NCBI GenBank assembly: GCA_035503915.1
Contig: DATJSU010000053.1
Location: 69,327 to 133,326 of the forward strand
Direction of reading: 5' to 3'
DNA length: 64,000 nucleotides
Source of the DNA: Acidimicrobiales bacterium
GTDB taxonomy: Bacteria; Actinomycetota; Acidimicrobiia; Acidimicrobiales; Palsa-688
Program-made: the position numbers and the translations under genes
The notes under the pieces: model-generated
Told to the model about the DNA's origin: nothing
Database searches by the model: none
Seen by the model: only the letters and a program-made list of their open reading frames with translations
Part shown: positions 10,876 to 21,585 of the stretch, in pieces
Numbering within the stretch: the stretch's first letter is position 1
Layout: each line of letters starts with the position of its first letter

Positions 10876-11681
10876 CCGCCGATCACGACTTGTGCGAAGC
10901 GCACGACCTCTGCCTTACCCAGCACGTCGGCCACCGTGCGGCTGTCATCTTTGGCGTAAGGCTGCTCGAGCAAGACGCCGCCTGGGACGCGCTTGTACCA
11001 ACCGGCGAGCTTGCCCTCGACGATCTTGCCGAGGGCCGCCTCGGGCTTGCCTTCGAGACGAGTGGCCGTGAGAAGCGTCTCGCGTTCGGCATCGACTTCC
11101 TCGGTAGGCACGTCCTCCCGGCGGAGGTACTTCGGCTTGCCGAAAGCGATATGGACGGCGATGTCGTGAGCAAGCTCGTCGTCCCCACCTGAGAGCTCGA
11201 GGACCACTCCGTTCACGCCGCGGTCGTTTTGGACGTGGAGGTACCAGCCGAGCACATCTCCCGGTGCCGCCTGGAAGCGCACAACCTCGCCCACCTGGAC
11301 GTTTTCCCTGGTGATGATGTTGAGGTCCTCAACAGCGGCCTTACGCTGGCCCACCGCGTCCTCACCCTCGGTGGCGACAAGCGTGGCCAGCTCGTTCACG
11401 AGGTTCACGAAGTCAGGGCTTTTGGCGCCGAAGTCTGTCTCGGAGCGCAGTTGCACGAGCGCGATCGCGTTCGTGCCGGAGTCGTAGGAGACGGCGACCG
11501 CACCCTCTTGCGCCTCACGGCCCGCGCGCTCGGCAGCCTTGCCGAGCCCACGTTCGCGCAGCCACTTGGCCGCCGCCCGGGGGTCCCCGCCGCTCTCGGT
11601 GAGCGCCCTCTTCGCGTCCATCATCCCAGCGCCGGTGAGGTTGCGCAGGGACTGGACGTCCTTAGCTGTGAATTCTGGCAT
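10872..11681 (-). CDS. tsf: Elongation factor Ts
   Basis: N-terminal UBA-like [16 protein letters not shown]-type motif and EF-Ts dimerisation domain. Confidence 0.9.
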   Translation of the reverse strand: MPEFTAKDVQSLRNLTGAGMMDAKRALTESGGDPRAAAKWLRERGLGKAAERAGREAQEGAVAVSYDSGTNAIALVQLRSETDFGAKSPDFVNLVNELATLVATEGEDAVGQRKAAVEDLNIITRENVQVGEVVRFQAAPGDVLGWYLHVQNDRGVNGVVLELSGGDDELAHDIAVHIAFGKPKYLRREDVPTEEVDAERETLLTATRLEGKPEAALGKIVEGKLAGWYKRVPGGVLLEQPYAKDDSRTVADVLGKAEVVRFAQVVIGG

Positions 11682-11695
11682 CTTTTGCTTGGCTC

Positions 11696-12698
11696 CTAAC
11701 TTTCGTCTCGGGCTCTCGTCGCTGTAGAGGCAGCGGTGGGCACGGCAGCGTCAGTGACCTCGCCCTCCGCGATGTTCGCGCTTGGTACCCGGGGTGCCTC
11801 CGACGGGCCAGCTGCCTCCGAGGGCGCGGGCGCCACTTGTGCCCCTGGGCTCGCCGGAAAGACCTGCGGAACTGCCTCCGGCGCGGCTGGTTGGGCAGCC
11901 GGCGCCGCCTGAGCGTGGGCCTGTTGGGTGGCGGGAGCAGCGGGGGGCGCTGGTGCTGGAGCCGCAGGGACGATGAAGGCCGGCCCTGCCGGGGCAAAGG
12001 TGCCCCGCCGCGAGGCCACGAACTTGCCCTCTTGTACCGCATCGGCTATCACCCGGCACATGAGCGAGCCGCTGCGGATGGCGTCGTCGTTCCCCGGGAT
12101 CGGGAACTGGACCAAGTCTGGGTCGCAGTTGGTGTCCACGACCGCCACGATTGGGATGCTCATCTTGTTCGCCTCGGAAACAGCGATGTGCTCTTTTTTG
12201 ATGTCGATGATGAAGACGGCGTCGGGCAGACGGTTCATATGCCTGATCCCACCCAAGTTGCGTTCGAGCTTTTCGAGCTCCCGGCTGAGGATGAGCGCTT
12301 CTTTCTTGGGCATCGCTTCGAAGTCACCGGCGGTACGCATGCGTTCGTACTCCTGCATTTTCTTGACTCGTGCAGCAATGGTCGTGAAGTTAGTGAGCAT
12401 CCCGCCAAGCCAGCGCTCGTTCACGTAGGGCATGCCGCATTGCTGAGCCGAGCGCGCAATGGGGTCCTGGGACTGCTTCTTGGTCCCGATAAAGAGCACG
12501 GTACCGCCGTTCGCAACGAGGTCCCGGATGAACGAGTAGGCAACGTCGACCCGTTGAAGGGTCTGGTTCAAGTCGATGATGTAGATCCCGTTGCGCTCAC
12601 CGAAAATGAAGCGCTTCATCTTTGGGTTCCAGCGCCTTGTCTGGTGCCCGAAGTGGACCCCCGCCTCTAACAGTTGCCGCATTGTGACGACGGCCATC
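11696..12698 (-). CDS. rpsB: 30S ribosomal protein S2 with Ala/Pro-rich C-terminal tail
   Basis: Start placed at [19 protein letters not shown] (ATG 12698, GGAGAGGAG ribosome-binding site). The ORF track's extra 56 N-terminal residues are unlikely to be real. The C-terminal ~80 aa are A/P-rich. Confidence 0.9.
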
Positions 12699-12916
12699 AG
12701 AACTCCTCTCCATCGGTTGTCTTTCCTCGGGGGCTTGCGCCAACGACCCCCCAGGCGAGGGGCCGCAGGCGACCGTGGAGGCGCCCGAGTACAGGTTGTG
12801 CGGTCATAGGCTTTGCGAGCTGCGGCACCGCGCGCAGCTCCTGGCCTCCTCCTTGGGGAAGCCACTAACTACAGTACACCAAGCCCGCGGACGCTCTGCC
12901 GGCCCCGCCTGTCTCG

Positions 12917-13699
12917 CTAGGCGGTCTCCTTGTCAGCCACCAGCATGCGCGCCCGGAGCTGGAGGACCGCTTTGGTGTGGATCTGGCAGACGCGGCTCTC
13001 GGTGACCCCGAGGACTTGGCCTATCTCCGCCAATGTGAGGCCCTCATAGTAGTAAAGCGACAGGACGATCTTTTCCCTGTCCCCGAGCCTGTTGATGGCA
13101 CCGGCGAGGATTTGCTTGATCTCCTCGACCTCGAATGCTGCCATCGGCCCGTCGTGGCGGTCCGGCAGGGTGTCACCAAGAGTTGTCGACTCCCCCCTGT
13201 CGCCACCTGAGAGCACCTCGTCGAGCGCGACGATGCCGACGAAGGAGATCTGGGAGAACTGCGCCTGCAGCTCTTCTTCGGAAAGACCAAGCTCGTTGGC
13301 CACCTCGGCATCAGTCGGGGTCCGGAGCAACTGCGCCTCCAACTTTGCATATGCCTTTTCGATCGCTCTCGCTTTTGCACGCACAGAACGCGGGACCCAA
13401 TCGATGCTGCGCAACTCGTCGATGATGGCACCCTTGATGCGAGTTATTGCGTAAGTCTCGAACTTGATCGCCCTCTGGTTGTCGAACTTCTCAATGGCGT
13501 CGATCAGGCCGAAGATGCCGTAGCTGACGAGGTCGCACTGTTCGATCGTGTTGGGAAGGCCCACGGAGACACGGCCGGCGACGTACTTCACCAAGGGTGA
13601 ATAGCGCACGATCAGTTTGTCGCGCAGATCCCGGGAACCGGTGCGTTTGTAATCTGCCCACAGCTCGTCTGTAGGGAGGGCCTCCTGGTCTGTTTCCAT
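12917..13699 (-). CDS. FliA/WhiG (sigma-28) family RNA polymerase sigma factor
   Basis: Sigma-70 regions 2 to 4 are present with the FliA/WhiG signature. The gene sits between xerC and rpsB, as whiG does in Streptomyces. Confidence 0.8.
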   Translation of the reverse strand: METDQEALPTDELWADYKRTGSRDLRDKLIVRYSPLVKYVAGRVSVGLPNTIEQCDLVSYGIFGLIDAIEKFDNQRAIKFETYAITRIKGAIIDELRSIDWVPRSVRAKARAIEKAYAKLEAQLLRTPTDAEVANELGLSEEELQAQFSQISFVGIVALDEVLSGGDRGESTTLGDTLPDRHDGPMAAFEVEEIKQILAGAINRLGDREKIVLSLYYYEGLTLAEIGQVLGVTESRVCQIHTKAVLQLRARMLVADKETA

Positions 13700-14709
13700 C
13701 AGGCCCTCGGGTGTGACGTCTCGTAGACGGCGAGAAGCCGTTCTTTGCTTATATGCGTGTACACCTGTGTCGTCCTGACGCTGCTGTGGCCGAGTAGCTC
13801 CTGCACAACTCTAAGGTCGGCACCCCCGTCAAGCATGTGAGTCGCAAAACTGTGGCGCAAGGCGTGTGGGTGGGAAGGGACCGGCGAGCGCCTGTCGACA
13901 ACCCGCCGGACATCGCGCGGGCCTAAGCGCCGTCCTCTTGCGTTCAAGAACAAGGCACCTCGGGGAGAGGTTTCACAGGCAAGGGCCTGCCGCCCTCCCC
14001 CGAGCCACGTCCTGATGGCCGCGACGGCGGCCTCCGAGACGGGGACCTGTCTCTGTTTGGAGCCCTTGCCCCACACCCTTGCCCAACCGCTCGACAAGTC
14101 GAGGTCAGCAACGTCCAGGTTGCAGAGCTCGCTCACCCGGAGGCCGCTCCCATAGAGAAGTTCGAGGACGGCGTCGTCACGCGAACGTACGGGCTCGGCC
14201 ACAGAGCGGCCATTGGCGGGCCCCTGTGAGCGCCCCTCGAGGAGGACCTCGACCTCCCCCCTGGAGAGGGCTCTTGGTAGGCGGGCACCGCCCACCTTGG
14301 CGGAAAGGCCCACGGACGGGTCGCCGGCCACCAAGCCCCTCCGTGCCAGCCAAGCGAAGTACCGGCGGAGCGCCGAAGCCCTTTGAGAAACCGTTTGGCG
14401 CGCGTACCGCCTGGTTGTCAAAAATGCCAGGTAGCGTCGGAGCAGGAGGCGGCTGACCTCCCCAGGGCCTTCCACACCGGCCCGCCCGGCCCAAGCGATG
14501 AACGAACGGGCCCCGGTGCGGTACGCACGAACGCTCGCAGGCGACAAGCCCGTGAGAGAAAGCACCCAATCGTCCAAACGCCAGCTCGCCGCTATCTGAG
14601 GAAGGCCCTCCTCCTTGGAGTTGCGCCCGAGCGCAAGCTGCTCAGCTGAGCCCCTGACCTCCCGTTCCGGCTGCCCTCGACCACGTTGCGTGCTAGCCGA
14701 AGATCTCAC
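13699..14709 (-). CDS. xerC: Tyrosine recombinase XerC/XerD
   Basis: Phage-integrase N-terminal SAM-like domain plus catalytic R..HxxR..Y region ([12 protein letters not shown]...VYTHIS). True start uncertain. Confidence 0.8.
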   Translation of the reverse strand: MRSSASTQRGRGQPEREVRGSAEQLALGRNSKEEGLPQIAASWRLDDWVLSLTGLSPASVRAYRTGARSFIAWAGRAGVEGPGEVSRLLLRRYLAFLTTRRYARQTVSQRASALRRYFAWLARRGLVAGDPSVGLSAKVGGARLPRALSRGEVEVLLEGRSQGPANGRSVAEPVRSRDDAVLELLYGSGLRVSELCNLDVADLDLSSGWARVWGKGSKQRQVPVSEAAVAAIRTWLGGGRQALACETSPRGALFLNARGRRLGPRDVRRVVDRRSPVPSHPHALRHSFATHMLDGGADLRVVQELLGHSSVRTTQVYTHISKERLLAVYETSHPRA

Positions 14710-14834
14710 AGTGGTAATCGTAGCGGGAGATGGACTTTGTGCGGAGAGAAAACGTAGTCGTTCCTCACGAATCTTCGTCCATGCTCTGCCAAGCCTCCCT
14801 TGGTGCTCGCCAATCTATAGTCGTCCCCACGAAG

Positions 14835-15305
14835 ATGGTGCGGCGGGCGGGGCGGATTGTGGTGGTGAGCCCACTGAAATCTGTGTTGTTGCTCTCGGGG
14901 AAGGACCCAGAGGACGCGACCGCCCCGCCCTTTTGGTTCGTCCCTGGAGGGGGTGCTGAAGGCGATGAGACGGCGGAGGCGGCCGCTCGGCGCGAATTGT
15001 ACGAAGAGGTGGGTGCCGTCGTCGGCGACCTCGGGCCGGTGGTTTGGCGACGGAGAGTGAGCTTTGGCTTTGCCGGGTCGTGGTACGAACAGGACGAGTC
15101 CTTCTTTGTCGTCCTGAGCGAACGCTTCACGCCTCAGGCCACCGCCCTCACGCCCCTCGAACAGCGAACTACCACCGGGGCACGCTGGTGGCCGGTCCAG
15201 GAACTGCTCACGACCTGCGAGAGTGTCCACCCCCCGGGCCTTGGCCCCCTCGTGGCGAACTGGCTCGCTGAAGGCCCACCTGCCAGGCCCTTGTGGATCT
15301 CCTAG
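14835..15305 (+). CDS. NUDIX hydrolase
   Basis: Nudix box [23 protein letters not shown]. Start chosen at ATG 14835; the ORF track start at 14730 is an alternative. Confidence 0.7.
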   Translation: MVRRAGRIVVVSPLKSVLLLSGKDPEDATAPPFWFVPGGGAEGDETAEAAARRELYEEVGAVVGDLGPVVWRRRVSFGFAGSWYEQDESFFVVLSERFTPQATALTPLEQRTTTGARWWPVQELLTTCESVHPPGLGPLVANWLAEGPPARPLWIS

Positions 15306-15386
15306 CGGGTGCCGTCCAAGCCCGAGCGAGCGCGCTCGGCGCAAGGGTCCGCGCGCGAGGTTGCCGGCAGCGCTTCAATTGGGGCA

Positions 15387-16169
15387 ATGAACAAGCTCGA
15401 CAAAGTCGACCTCTCCCTAACCATGAGCAAAGAGGACAGCGAGCGGCGCCTTGCGGTGCTGCAGCGGAGGCTCCTGCATTTGCGGCTCATATCGGGCGGG
15501 CTAACCGGCGACGGGCGCTGGGGCCCACCCCTGTGCATCTTGTTCGAGGGCTGGGACGCTTCTGGTAAGGGTGGCGCCATCAAGCGCTTGGTTGCCGGCC
15601 TGGACCCTCGCCATGTGCGCGTCCAGTCCTATGCCGCCCCCACCGAAAGGGAGAAGCGGCACCACTTTCTTTGGAGGTTCTCGGCAAACCTTCCTGGCTG
15701 GGGCGGGATGGCTATCTTTGACCGGTCTTGGTACGGGCGGGTCCTCGTCGAGCGCGTGGAAGGTTTTGCGACGCCCGAGCAATGGCGCCGCGCCTATGAC
15801 GACATCGTCAGTTTCGAGGCGGGCCTCGTCGACGATGGCATGACCCTTGTCAAGTTTTGGCTGCACATCTCGTCGCGCGAACAACTTGCCCGCTTTGAAA
15901 GGCGCCGTGACGACCCCCTCCGGAGCTGGAAGCTCACCGACGAGGACTGGCGCAACCGTGCCAAGCGGCGAGCCTACCTGCGCGCACTCGAAGAAATGCT
16001 GGAGCGCACGGACCACAAACGAGCTCCCTGGGATCTCGTGGCTGCTGAGGACAAGCACTACGCCCGTGTCAAGGTGCTCGAAACAGTGATACAGCACCTC
16101 GAAAAAGGCCTCAAAAAATGGGGGATCGAGGTACCCCCGTCCAAGGGAGCCGACTACGGGGCGGGATAA
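15387..16169 (+). CDS. Polyphosphate kinase 2 family protein (PPK2)
   Basis: PPK2 Walker A FEGWDASGKGG and conserved lid region. Lies 4 nt downstream of the NUDIX gene (stop 15305). Confidence 0.8.
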   Translation: MNKLDKVDLSLTMSKEDSERRLAVLQRRLLHLRLISGGLTGDGRWGPPLCILFEGWDASGKGGAIKRLVAGLDPRHVRVQSYAAPTEREKRHHFLWRFSANLPGWGGMAIFDRSWYGRVLVERVEGFATPEQWRRAYDDIVSFEAGLVDDGMTLVKFWLHISSREQLARFERRRDDPLRSWKLTDEDWRNRAKRRAYLRALEEMLERTDHKRAPWDLVAAEDKHYARVKVLETVIQHLEKGLKKWGIEVPPSKGADYGAG

Positions 16170-16181
16170 GCTCTCACTGCT

Positions 16182-17468
16182 TCACTTTCTCGCCCACCAA
16201 CCGCGGGTTCCCTCAATGACGCCGTATTGCTCGAGGTTTTCCAGGCTCAAGATGACCGGGCCGAGAGGAAGGCCACTGCGCTCGGCTATTTCTTCCAAGC
16301 AAAGCGGCCGCCAGCCGAGTGACGCGAGCACCTGGAGCTCCAGTCGCCCGAGGGCTTTCGCCTGAAGCTCGGGAGCTCGGTCACAAGCTCCCTTAGGTCT
16401 CTCAGGAGCGCGTCCGGCGGCCCTGCCTCCCGCCACGTTTGCCCGCCTGCCTCCTGAACGAAGACCCGTCCCCTGCTCCGGGCCCGTGCCAGCAAGCGAG
16501 CACAGGTTGCCTGCCGTGGCACTCGCCGGCGCGCCCGGCCCGGGGTGCCCCAAAGAAACGAGCACGTCGTCAGCGCTTCGAACCGGCGCGGCGCCCTCAT
16601 ACAAGAGGGTGTTCGTGCCAACAGACGCCGAGCTACGGACCGGGCCGGGAACCGCGCCCACCTCGACCCCCGAGCGGAGCGCTGCGTCGACCGTGTGCCA
16701 AGAACCACCCCGCGCGTGGCACTCGACGACGACCACCATCTGCGACAGCGCCGCGATGACGCGGTTGCGGGACGGGAAGCGCCAGGCTTGCGCGGCGACC
16801 CCTGGCGGCGTCTCCGAAATGATGGCGCCTGAACGCACTATCTGACGCCAGAGGGCGGCGTGCTGGCGCGGGTACACCACGTCGACACCGCTCGCCGAGA
16901 CGCCAATGGTCGGCCCAGTGCGCAGGCCAGCTGCCGCCGCAAGGGCGCCCGAGTGTGCGGCGCCGTCTATGCCCAACGCCAGCCCCGAGACAACCGCGAC
17001 GCCCGCTTCAGCGAGTTCGCGGGCCATTTGGTATGCGACAGCCGCACCGTCTGGAGTGCAACGGCGGGTCCCGATTAGTGCCACGCAGGGTTGCCGGGCG
17101 AAGACGCTCGGGTCGCCCGACATGAAGAGGACCCCGGGCGGGGACGGGCGCTCGAGAAGCACCTTTGGGTAGAGGGCCTCATCGGGCCAGGTGACGGCGA
17201 TGTCATTGCGCTCGAGGCGGTTCCAGAGCGCCTCCAAGTCAACAGCACGGGCGGCTTCGCCCAAAGAAGGCGTAGGCGGCCGCTGTTCGCGGGGTGGCTG
17301 AGACGGCGGCGCCAAGTGCCCCTCGACGGCCAGTTGCCAAGCTCGCCGCGGGCCATGGCTGGCGATCACGCTTCGCAACCAGCTTGGCCCCACCCTCGGG
17401 AGGGAGGCGAGCCCGGCGGCATAGACGGCTGGTGGGAGCGCGTGGCCGGCCATTTCATTAGCTCTCAT
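16182..17468 (-). CDS. dprA: DNA processing protein DprA (Smf)
   Basis: Rossmann-like DprA core (LIGTRRCT...GLALGIDGAAH) plus a C-terminal winged-helix region. Confidence 0.85.
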   Translation of the reverse strand: MRANEMAGHALPPAVYAAGLASLPRVGPSWLRSVIASHGPRRAWQLAVEGHLAPPSQPPREQRPPTPSLGEAARAVDLEALWNRLERNDIAVTWPDEALYPKVLLERPSPPGVLFMSGDPSVFARQPCVALIGTRRCTPDGAAVAYQMARELAEAGVAVVSGLALGIDGAAHSGALAAAAGLRTGPTIGVSASGVDVVYPRQHAALWRQIVRSGAIISETPPGVAAQAWRFPSRNRVIAALSQMVVVVECHARGGSWHTVDAALRSGVEVGAVPGPVRSSASVGTNTLLYEGAAPVRSADDVLVSLGHPGPGAPASATAGNLCSLAGTGPEQGTGLRSGGRRANVAGGRAAGRAPERPKGACDRAPELQAKALGRLELQVLASLGWRPLCLEEIAERSGLPLGPVILSLENLEQYGVIEGTRGWWARK

Positions 17469-19048
17469 GCGGGTACCTGGGCCAGGCCCTCGCCGCTCTT
17501 CCCGAAGGTGGCCGCAGCGGGGACCTGGTCCTCGCGCCCGAGCACTCCCGTCGCTCGCAGCGCGAGTGCCAGGAGGACGTGTTCCTCCCCGAGCGGCACC
17601 TCGTCCCCGGCTAGGTCCGCGATTGTCAGGGCCACACGCCGGATGCGGCCGAGGCCTCGGGCAGAGAGCCTCCCATCCGTCAGGCGGCGCTCCAAAATGC
17701 GCTTAGCAGCAGGGCCGAGGGTTGCATGCCTCTCAAGAGCGGAAGTGTCGAGGTCGGCGTTTGCCCGCACCGCCCGCGCTCGTGCCATGTCCCTCGCCAT
17801 AGCTACGCGCGCTGCGACGACGTGCGTCGGCTCGTTGGTCGCTTCGGCCGGCCCGCCGGCGCCGAGAAGATCCTCGACCTCGGGTCGCCTTACCCGTACA
17901 CGGAGGTCGAAACGGTCCAGCAGCGGGCCCGATACGCGGGCGGTGTAGCGCGCTCGGGAGACCTCGGGACAGCTGCAGGACCCCGGGGAGCCGTCGGCGC
18001 CGCAGCGGCAGGCGTTCATGGCGCCCACAAGCATGAAGCGGGCGGGGAACGAGACCGTCGCGGTTGCTCGGCAAACCACTATTCGCCCCTCTTCAAGTGG
18101 CTGGCGGAGGTTGTCGAGGACTGCCCCGGGGAACTCCGCAAGCTCGTCCAGGAACAAAACACCGCGATGCGCGCAACTGATCTCGCCCGGGCGAAGGCGG
18201 GCACCTCCTCCTCCAACGAGAGCGACCGCTGACGCGCTGTGATGCGGGGCGCGGAACGGGGGCCTGGGAGACAGCCCTGAGATCCCTACTTGGAGGCCCG
18301 CCGCCGAATGCACGCGCGCTACTTCGAGCGCCTCCTCGGGCTGCAGGGGCGGTAGCAAGCCGGGGAGCCTCAGCGCGAGCATCGTCTTGCCTGCTCCGGC
18401 AGGGCCGACCAAGAGCAGGTGGTGACCACCTGCGGCAGCCACCTCGAGCGCCTGGCGGCCAAGCACCTGCCCCTTGACCTCGGCAAGATCCGGGGGCGGT
18501 GGCCCAGGCGGGTAAGACCCTCGAGGGGGAGGCTGTGGCCAGCGATCGCGCCCCTCGAGGATGCCAATGAGGGTCCGCAGATCGGGCGCTGTGCGAACCC
18601 CGACCCGGCCGACGAGGGTAGCCTCGTGCGCGCTGGCTGGAGCGACCACGACCTCGGCCGTCGCCACGGCGGCGGCGAGGGGCAGGGTCCCTGTCACGGG
18701 TCGAAGAGAGCCGTCAAGCCCTAGCTCTGCGATGAACGACAGGCGCGCGGCGGGCTGCCAGGGAGCCTGACCATCAGCAATGAGGGTGCCAAGCGCGATA
18801 GCGAGGTCGAGACCCGAGCCTGCTTTGCGCAGGCCGGAAGGGGCGAGGTTGACAGTGACCCGCTTTTGCGGCCACTTGAACCCACTTGACATGAGCGCTG
18901 CTCTTACGCGGTCGCGCGCCTCTCTGCAGGAGGCGTCGGGCAACCCGACAACGCGGAGCCCTGGGAGCCCGTTCGCTACATGGACTTCCACAGATACCGC
19001 TTGGCCTTCAACTCCAACGAGGGTGGCGGACGCGACAGTTGCCAACAT
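17465..19048 (-). CDS. yifB: YifB/ComM family Mg-chelatase-like AAA+ ATPase
   Basis: N-terminal Lon-protease-like domain, Walker A GPAGAGKT and C-terminal ChlI-like region. Start taken at MLATV. Confidence 0.85.
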   Translation of the reverse strand: MLATVASATLVGVEGQAVSVEVHVANGLPGLRVVGLPDASCREARDRVRAALMSSGFKWPQKRVTVNLAPSGLRKAGSGLDLAIALGTLIADGQAPWQPAARLSFIAELGLDGSLRPVTGTLPLAAAVATAEVVVAPASAHEATLVGRVGVRTAPDLRTLIGILEGRDRWPQPPPRGSYPPGPPPPDLAEVKGQVLGRQALEVAAAGGHHLLLVGPAGAGKTMLALRLPGLLPPLQPEEALEVARVHSAAGLQVGISGLSPRPPFRAPHHSASAVALVGGGGARLRPGEISCAHRGVLFLDELAEFPGAVLDNLRQPLEEGRIVVCRATATVSFPARFMLVGAMNACRCGADGSPGSCSCPEVSRARYTARVSGPLLDRFDLRVRVRRPEVEDLLGAGGPAEATNEPTHVVAARVAMARDMARARAVRANADLDTSALERHATLGPAAKRILERRLTDGRLSARGLGRIRRVALTIADLAGDEVPLGEEHVLLALALRATGVLGREDQVPAAATFGKSGEGLAQVPA

Positions 19049-19197
19049 GTGGTCCCCTTTTTGGGAGAGACAGCGCCTATAGGAGGCCACAGCCGGCCAC
19101 GAGCCCGAAGAAAAGATAACAGGGGGCTCTGACCGTTACGGCGGGGGCGCAGCCACCTTCGCCGAGCCGATAGCTGCCAGAACGGTACGGTTAGAGC

Positions 19198-19503
19198 ATG
19201 GGAAGAGCAACCAAGCGGCGCGACATGAGCCGTTCGGCCGCCCTTCCTGCCAACCGGCGCCTCGCCGGGCTCGAGGACTTCGTGCAGCTCGACCAGGGGG
19301 CGAGCAGCGACGGCTCAGTAGTAGAGGTGCGGCGGGTAAGCGCGGCGCGGGCCACCAAGGTCTACAGCTGCCCGGGGTGCCAGCAAGAAATCCCAATCGG
19401 CACGCAGCACGTCGTCGTGGTCCCACCCGGGTCCCCCGACCTGCGCCGCCATTGGCACGCCCCTTGCTGGTCAATGCGAGACAGAAGGCGCCCCGGGCAC
19501 TGA
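19198..19503 (+). CDS. Hypothetical small protein with zinc-ribbon-like Cys/His pattern (CPGC ... HWHAPCW)
   Basis: 101 aa ORF antisense-oriented between yifB and yraN. Third-codon positions are ~80% G/C (coding-like). No recognised domain and no strong ribosome-binding site. Confidence 0.3.
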   Translation: MGRATKRRDMSRSAALPANRRLAGLEDFVQLDQGASSDGSVVEVRRVSAARATKVYSCPGCQQEIPIGTQHVVVVPPGSPDLRRHWHAPCWSMRDRRRPGH

Positions 19504-19509
19504 GGTAGC

Positions 19510-19935
19510 TCAGAAAGCGCCTTCGAGCACCTCGACTTGGTCGCCGAGCACGCACGCAACGTCGAAGCGGACCGGCCCGCCACCAGGCAGGTGCCGGTCC
19601 TCTCCTCGGGACGAGCAGGACGCGAACCACAAAGCTGCCAGCCGCCTGAGCCGCAACTGTTTGAGAGGTCCTACGGCTTCTCCGGGGCTGCCGAACCTGA
19701 GCGAGGAGCGGGACTTGACTTCGCAGAAAACCGTCAAGCGGCCGTCCCGAAGGACCAGGTCGACCTCGCCCGAACGGCAGGCCCAATTGCGAGCAACTAC
19801 CTCGTAACCATGACCCTGGTACCAGACAGCTGCCAGGCTCTCGCCGGCGTCCCCCAAGGCGCGCCGAGACGCCGCCGCTGACCTGTCATGCACCCGCTCA
19901 TATGTCGCCATGGTTGCCAGGATCTCATTGGCCAC
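19510..19935 (-). CDS. yraN: YraN/UPF0102 family endonuclease
   Basis: Conserved ...GHGYEVVARNWACRSGEVDLV...CEVK motif. Alternative start at 19911. Confidence 0.7.
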   Translation of the reverse strand: MANEILATMATYERVHDRSAAASRRALGDAGESLAAVWYQGHGYEVVARNWACRSGEVDLVLRDGRLTVFCEVKSRSSLRFGSPGEAVGPLKQLRLRRLAALWFASCSSRGEDRHLPGGGPVRFDVACVLGDQVEVLEGAF

Positions 19936-19985
19936 CGACCGCTATCCGGGGCCCGGTTGGCGGGACTAGTGCCGTCCGGGACGTG

Positions 19986-20285
19986 CTACAGCTCCTTTTC
20001 GGGCAGCTCCTCGACGTTTACGTCCTTGAAGGTGACGACCCTGACATTGGAGACGAAGCGAGCGGGGCGGTACATGTCCCAGACCCAGGCATCGGAGAGC
20101 TTCACCTCGAAGTAAGTGCGAGGCCCGTCCGAGCGCGCCTCCATCTGGACGTCGTTAGCAAGGTAGAAGCGGCGTTCTGTCTCCACCACGTAACGGAACA
20201 TCGGCAGGACAGCACGGTACTCCTGAAAAAGTGCCAGTTCGATCTCGGTTTCGTAACGCTCGAGGTCTTCAGCGCTCATCGGCAC
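19986..20285 (-). CDS. DUF2469 family protein (Rv2901c-like)
   Basis: 99 aa conserved actinobacterial protein (SAEDLERYETEIELALF). Syntenic position between yraN and rplS. Confidence 0.6.
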   Translation of the reverse strand: MPMSAEDLERYETEIELALFQEYRAVLPMFRYVVETERRFYLANDVQMEARSDGPRTYFEVKLSDAWVWDMYRPARFVSNVRVVTFKDVNVEELPEKEL

Positions 20286-20430
20286 TCCTCCCTGTGCTTT
20301 TCCCTACCAAAGCATCGTACGGCTTCCCCGGGTTGCGAGAGGAGCATGCCCTCGAGGGGTGCTTTTCGTACAAGCACCTAAGCGGCGCCGTTTTCGTACG
20401 GCCCAAACAAGAGGCCTGAGCAGCGTTAGA

Positions 20431-20796
20431 TCACTTTGCCAAGGGGGCTGAGGGCTGGCGCTTCTCCCTGATCTTGGCGGCCTTGCCCACCCGTTCCCGC
20501 AGGTAGTACAGCTTGGCCCGCCTCACGTCTCCTTGGGTCACCACTTCGACTCTCGCGATCGACGGGGAGTGGACCGGCCACGTGCGCTCAACACCGACTC
20601 CGGAGCTCACCTTGCGCACCGTGAACGTCTCACGTACACCCGAGCCCTTGCGGGCGATCACCGCGCCTTGAAATGCCTGCACCCGCTCCCTGTTGCCCTC
20701 AACCACCCTCACGTGCACCCGGACTGTGTCACCAGGCGAGAAGTCCGGGACGTCGTCTCTCAAGCTCTCTCTGTCGATCAGGTCGGTGGGGCCCAT
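20431..20796 (-). CDS. rplS: 50S ribosomal protein L19
   Basis: L19 signature; start at [15 protein letters not shown] (ATG 20796). Confidence 0.9.
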   Translation of the reverse strand: MGPTDLIDRESLRDDVPDFSPGDTVRVHVRVVEGNRERVQAFQGAVIARKGSGVRETFTVRKVSSGVGVERTWPVHSPSIARVEVVTQGDVRRAKLYYLRERVGKAAKIREKRQPSAPLAK

Positions 20797-20843
20797 AGCC
20801 GAACGAGGATACCGGGCCCGGAGCGGGCGGGGCCAACGAAGCC

Positions 20844-21575
20844 TCAAACCTGCCGGTCAAAACCGAACTCCGCGAGCAATGTCCGCTCCTCGTTGGAAAC
20901 CCCACCCCGCGCGGCGATCAAGTCTGGCCGGCGCTCCATGGTGCGAGCGATCGCTGCGGCTCTTCTCCACCGGGCGACGCGGTCGTGATGGCCCGAAAGG
21001 AGCACCTCGGGGACCTGCCAGCCCCGGAAGTCGGACGGGCGCGTGTAGTGGGGGTACTCGAGGAGCCCGTCTGAGAAGCTCTCTTCTTCCTGTGACGAGA
21101 GGTTGCCCATGACGCCGGGGACGAGGCGGCCAACAGCCTCGAGGACGACGACTGCAGCAGCCTCGCCGCCCGCCAGGACATAATCCCCGATCGAGATCTC
21201 CCCCTCGACCAGATGATCGGCGACCCTTTGGTCAACACCCTCGTAACGGCCACAGAGCAGCGAAAACCCTGGCTGCTCAGACAGCTCGCGCGCCATCGAC
21301 TGGTCGAAATGGCGCCCGCCCGGGCCAAGGAGGAACAGCGGCCGGGGGGGCGTCGCCGTTTCGACGGCGGCGAAAACAGGTTCAGGCGAGAGCACCATCC
21401 CCGCTCCCCCGCCAAAAGGGCTGTCGTCAACGCTGCGGTGCGGGCCTTTGGCTCCGGCGCGCAGGTCGTGCACCACGATGTCCAGCGCGCCGGCCCGCCA
21501 TGCCTTGCCAAGCAGGCTCGCAGAGCACCACGCAGCCACCATGTCCGGGAAGATGGTGAAGATCCCTACGCGCAC
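20844..21575 (-). CDS. trmD: tRNA (guanine37-N1)-methyltransferase
   Basis: Full-length TrmD (SPOUT fold) similarity. Confidence 0.9.
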   Translation of the reverse strand: MRVGIFTIFPDMVAAWCSASLLGKAWRAGALDIVVHDLRAGAKGPHRSVDDSPFGGGAGMVLSPEPVFAAVETATPPRPLFLLGPGGRHFDQSMARELSEQPGFSLLCGRYEGVDQRVADHLVEGEISIGDYVLAGGEAAAVVVLEAVGRLVPGVMGNLSSQEEESFSDGLLEYPHYTRPSDFRGWQVPEVLLSGHHDRVARWRRAAAIARTMERRPDLIAARGGVSNEERTLLAEFGFDRQV

Positions 21576-21585
21576 CCGTGCTCCT

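Noticed and set aside
13699-14709. Whether the XerC tyrosine recombinase marks an integrated mobile element.
   Set aside because: It has the chromosomal XerC/XerD architecture. It sits in a conserved housekeeping neighbourhood next to the whiG-like sigma and rpsB. There are no flanking phage or transposon genes or att-like repeats.
19136-19786. 216 aa minus-strand ORF spanning the yifB-yraN gap.
   Set aside because: It is extremely Arg-rich (RRSRRTS, RARRPSRGARRR) and overlaps the yraN coding region in another frame; likely an artefact.
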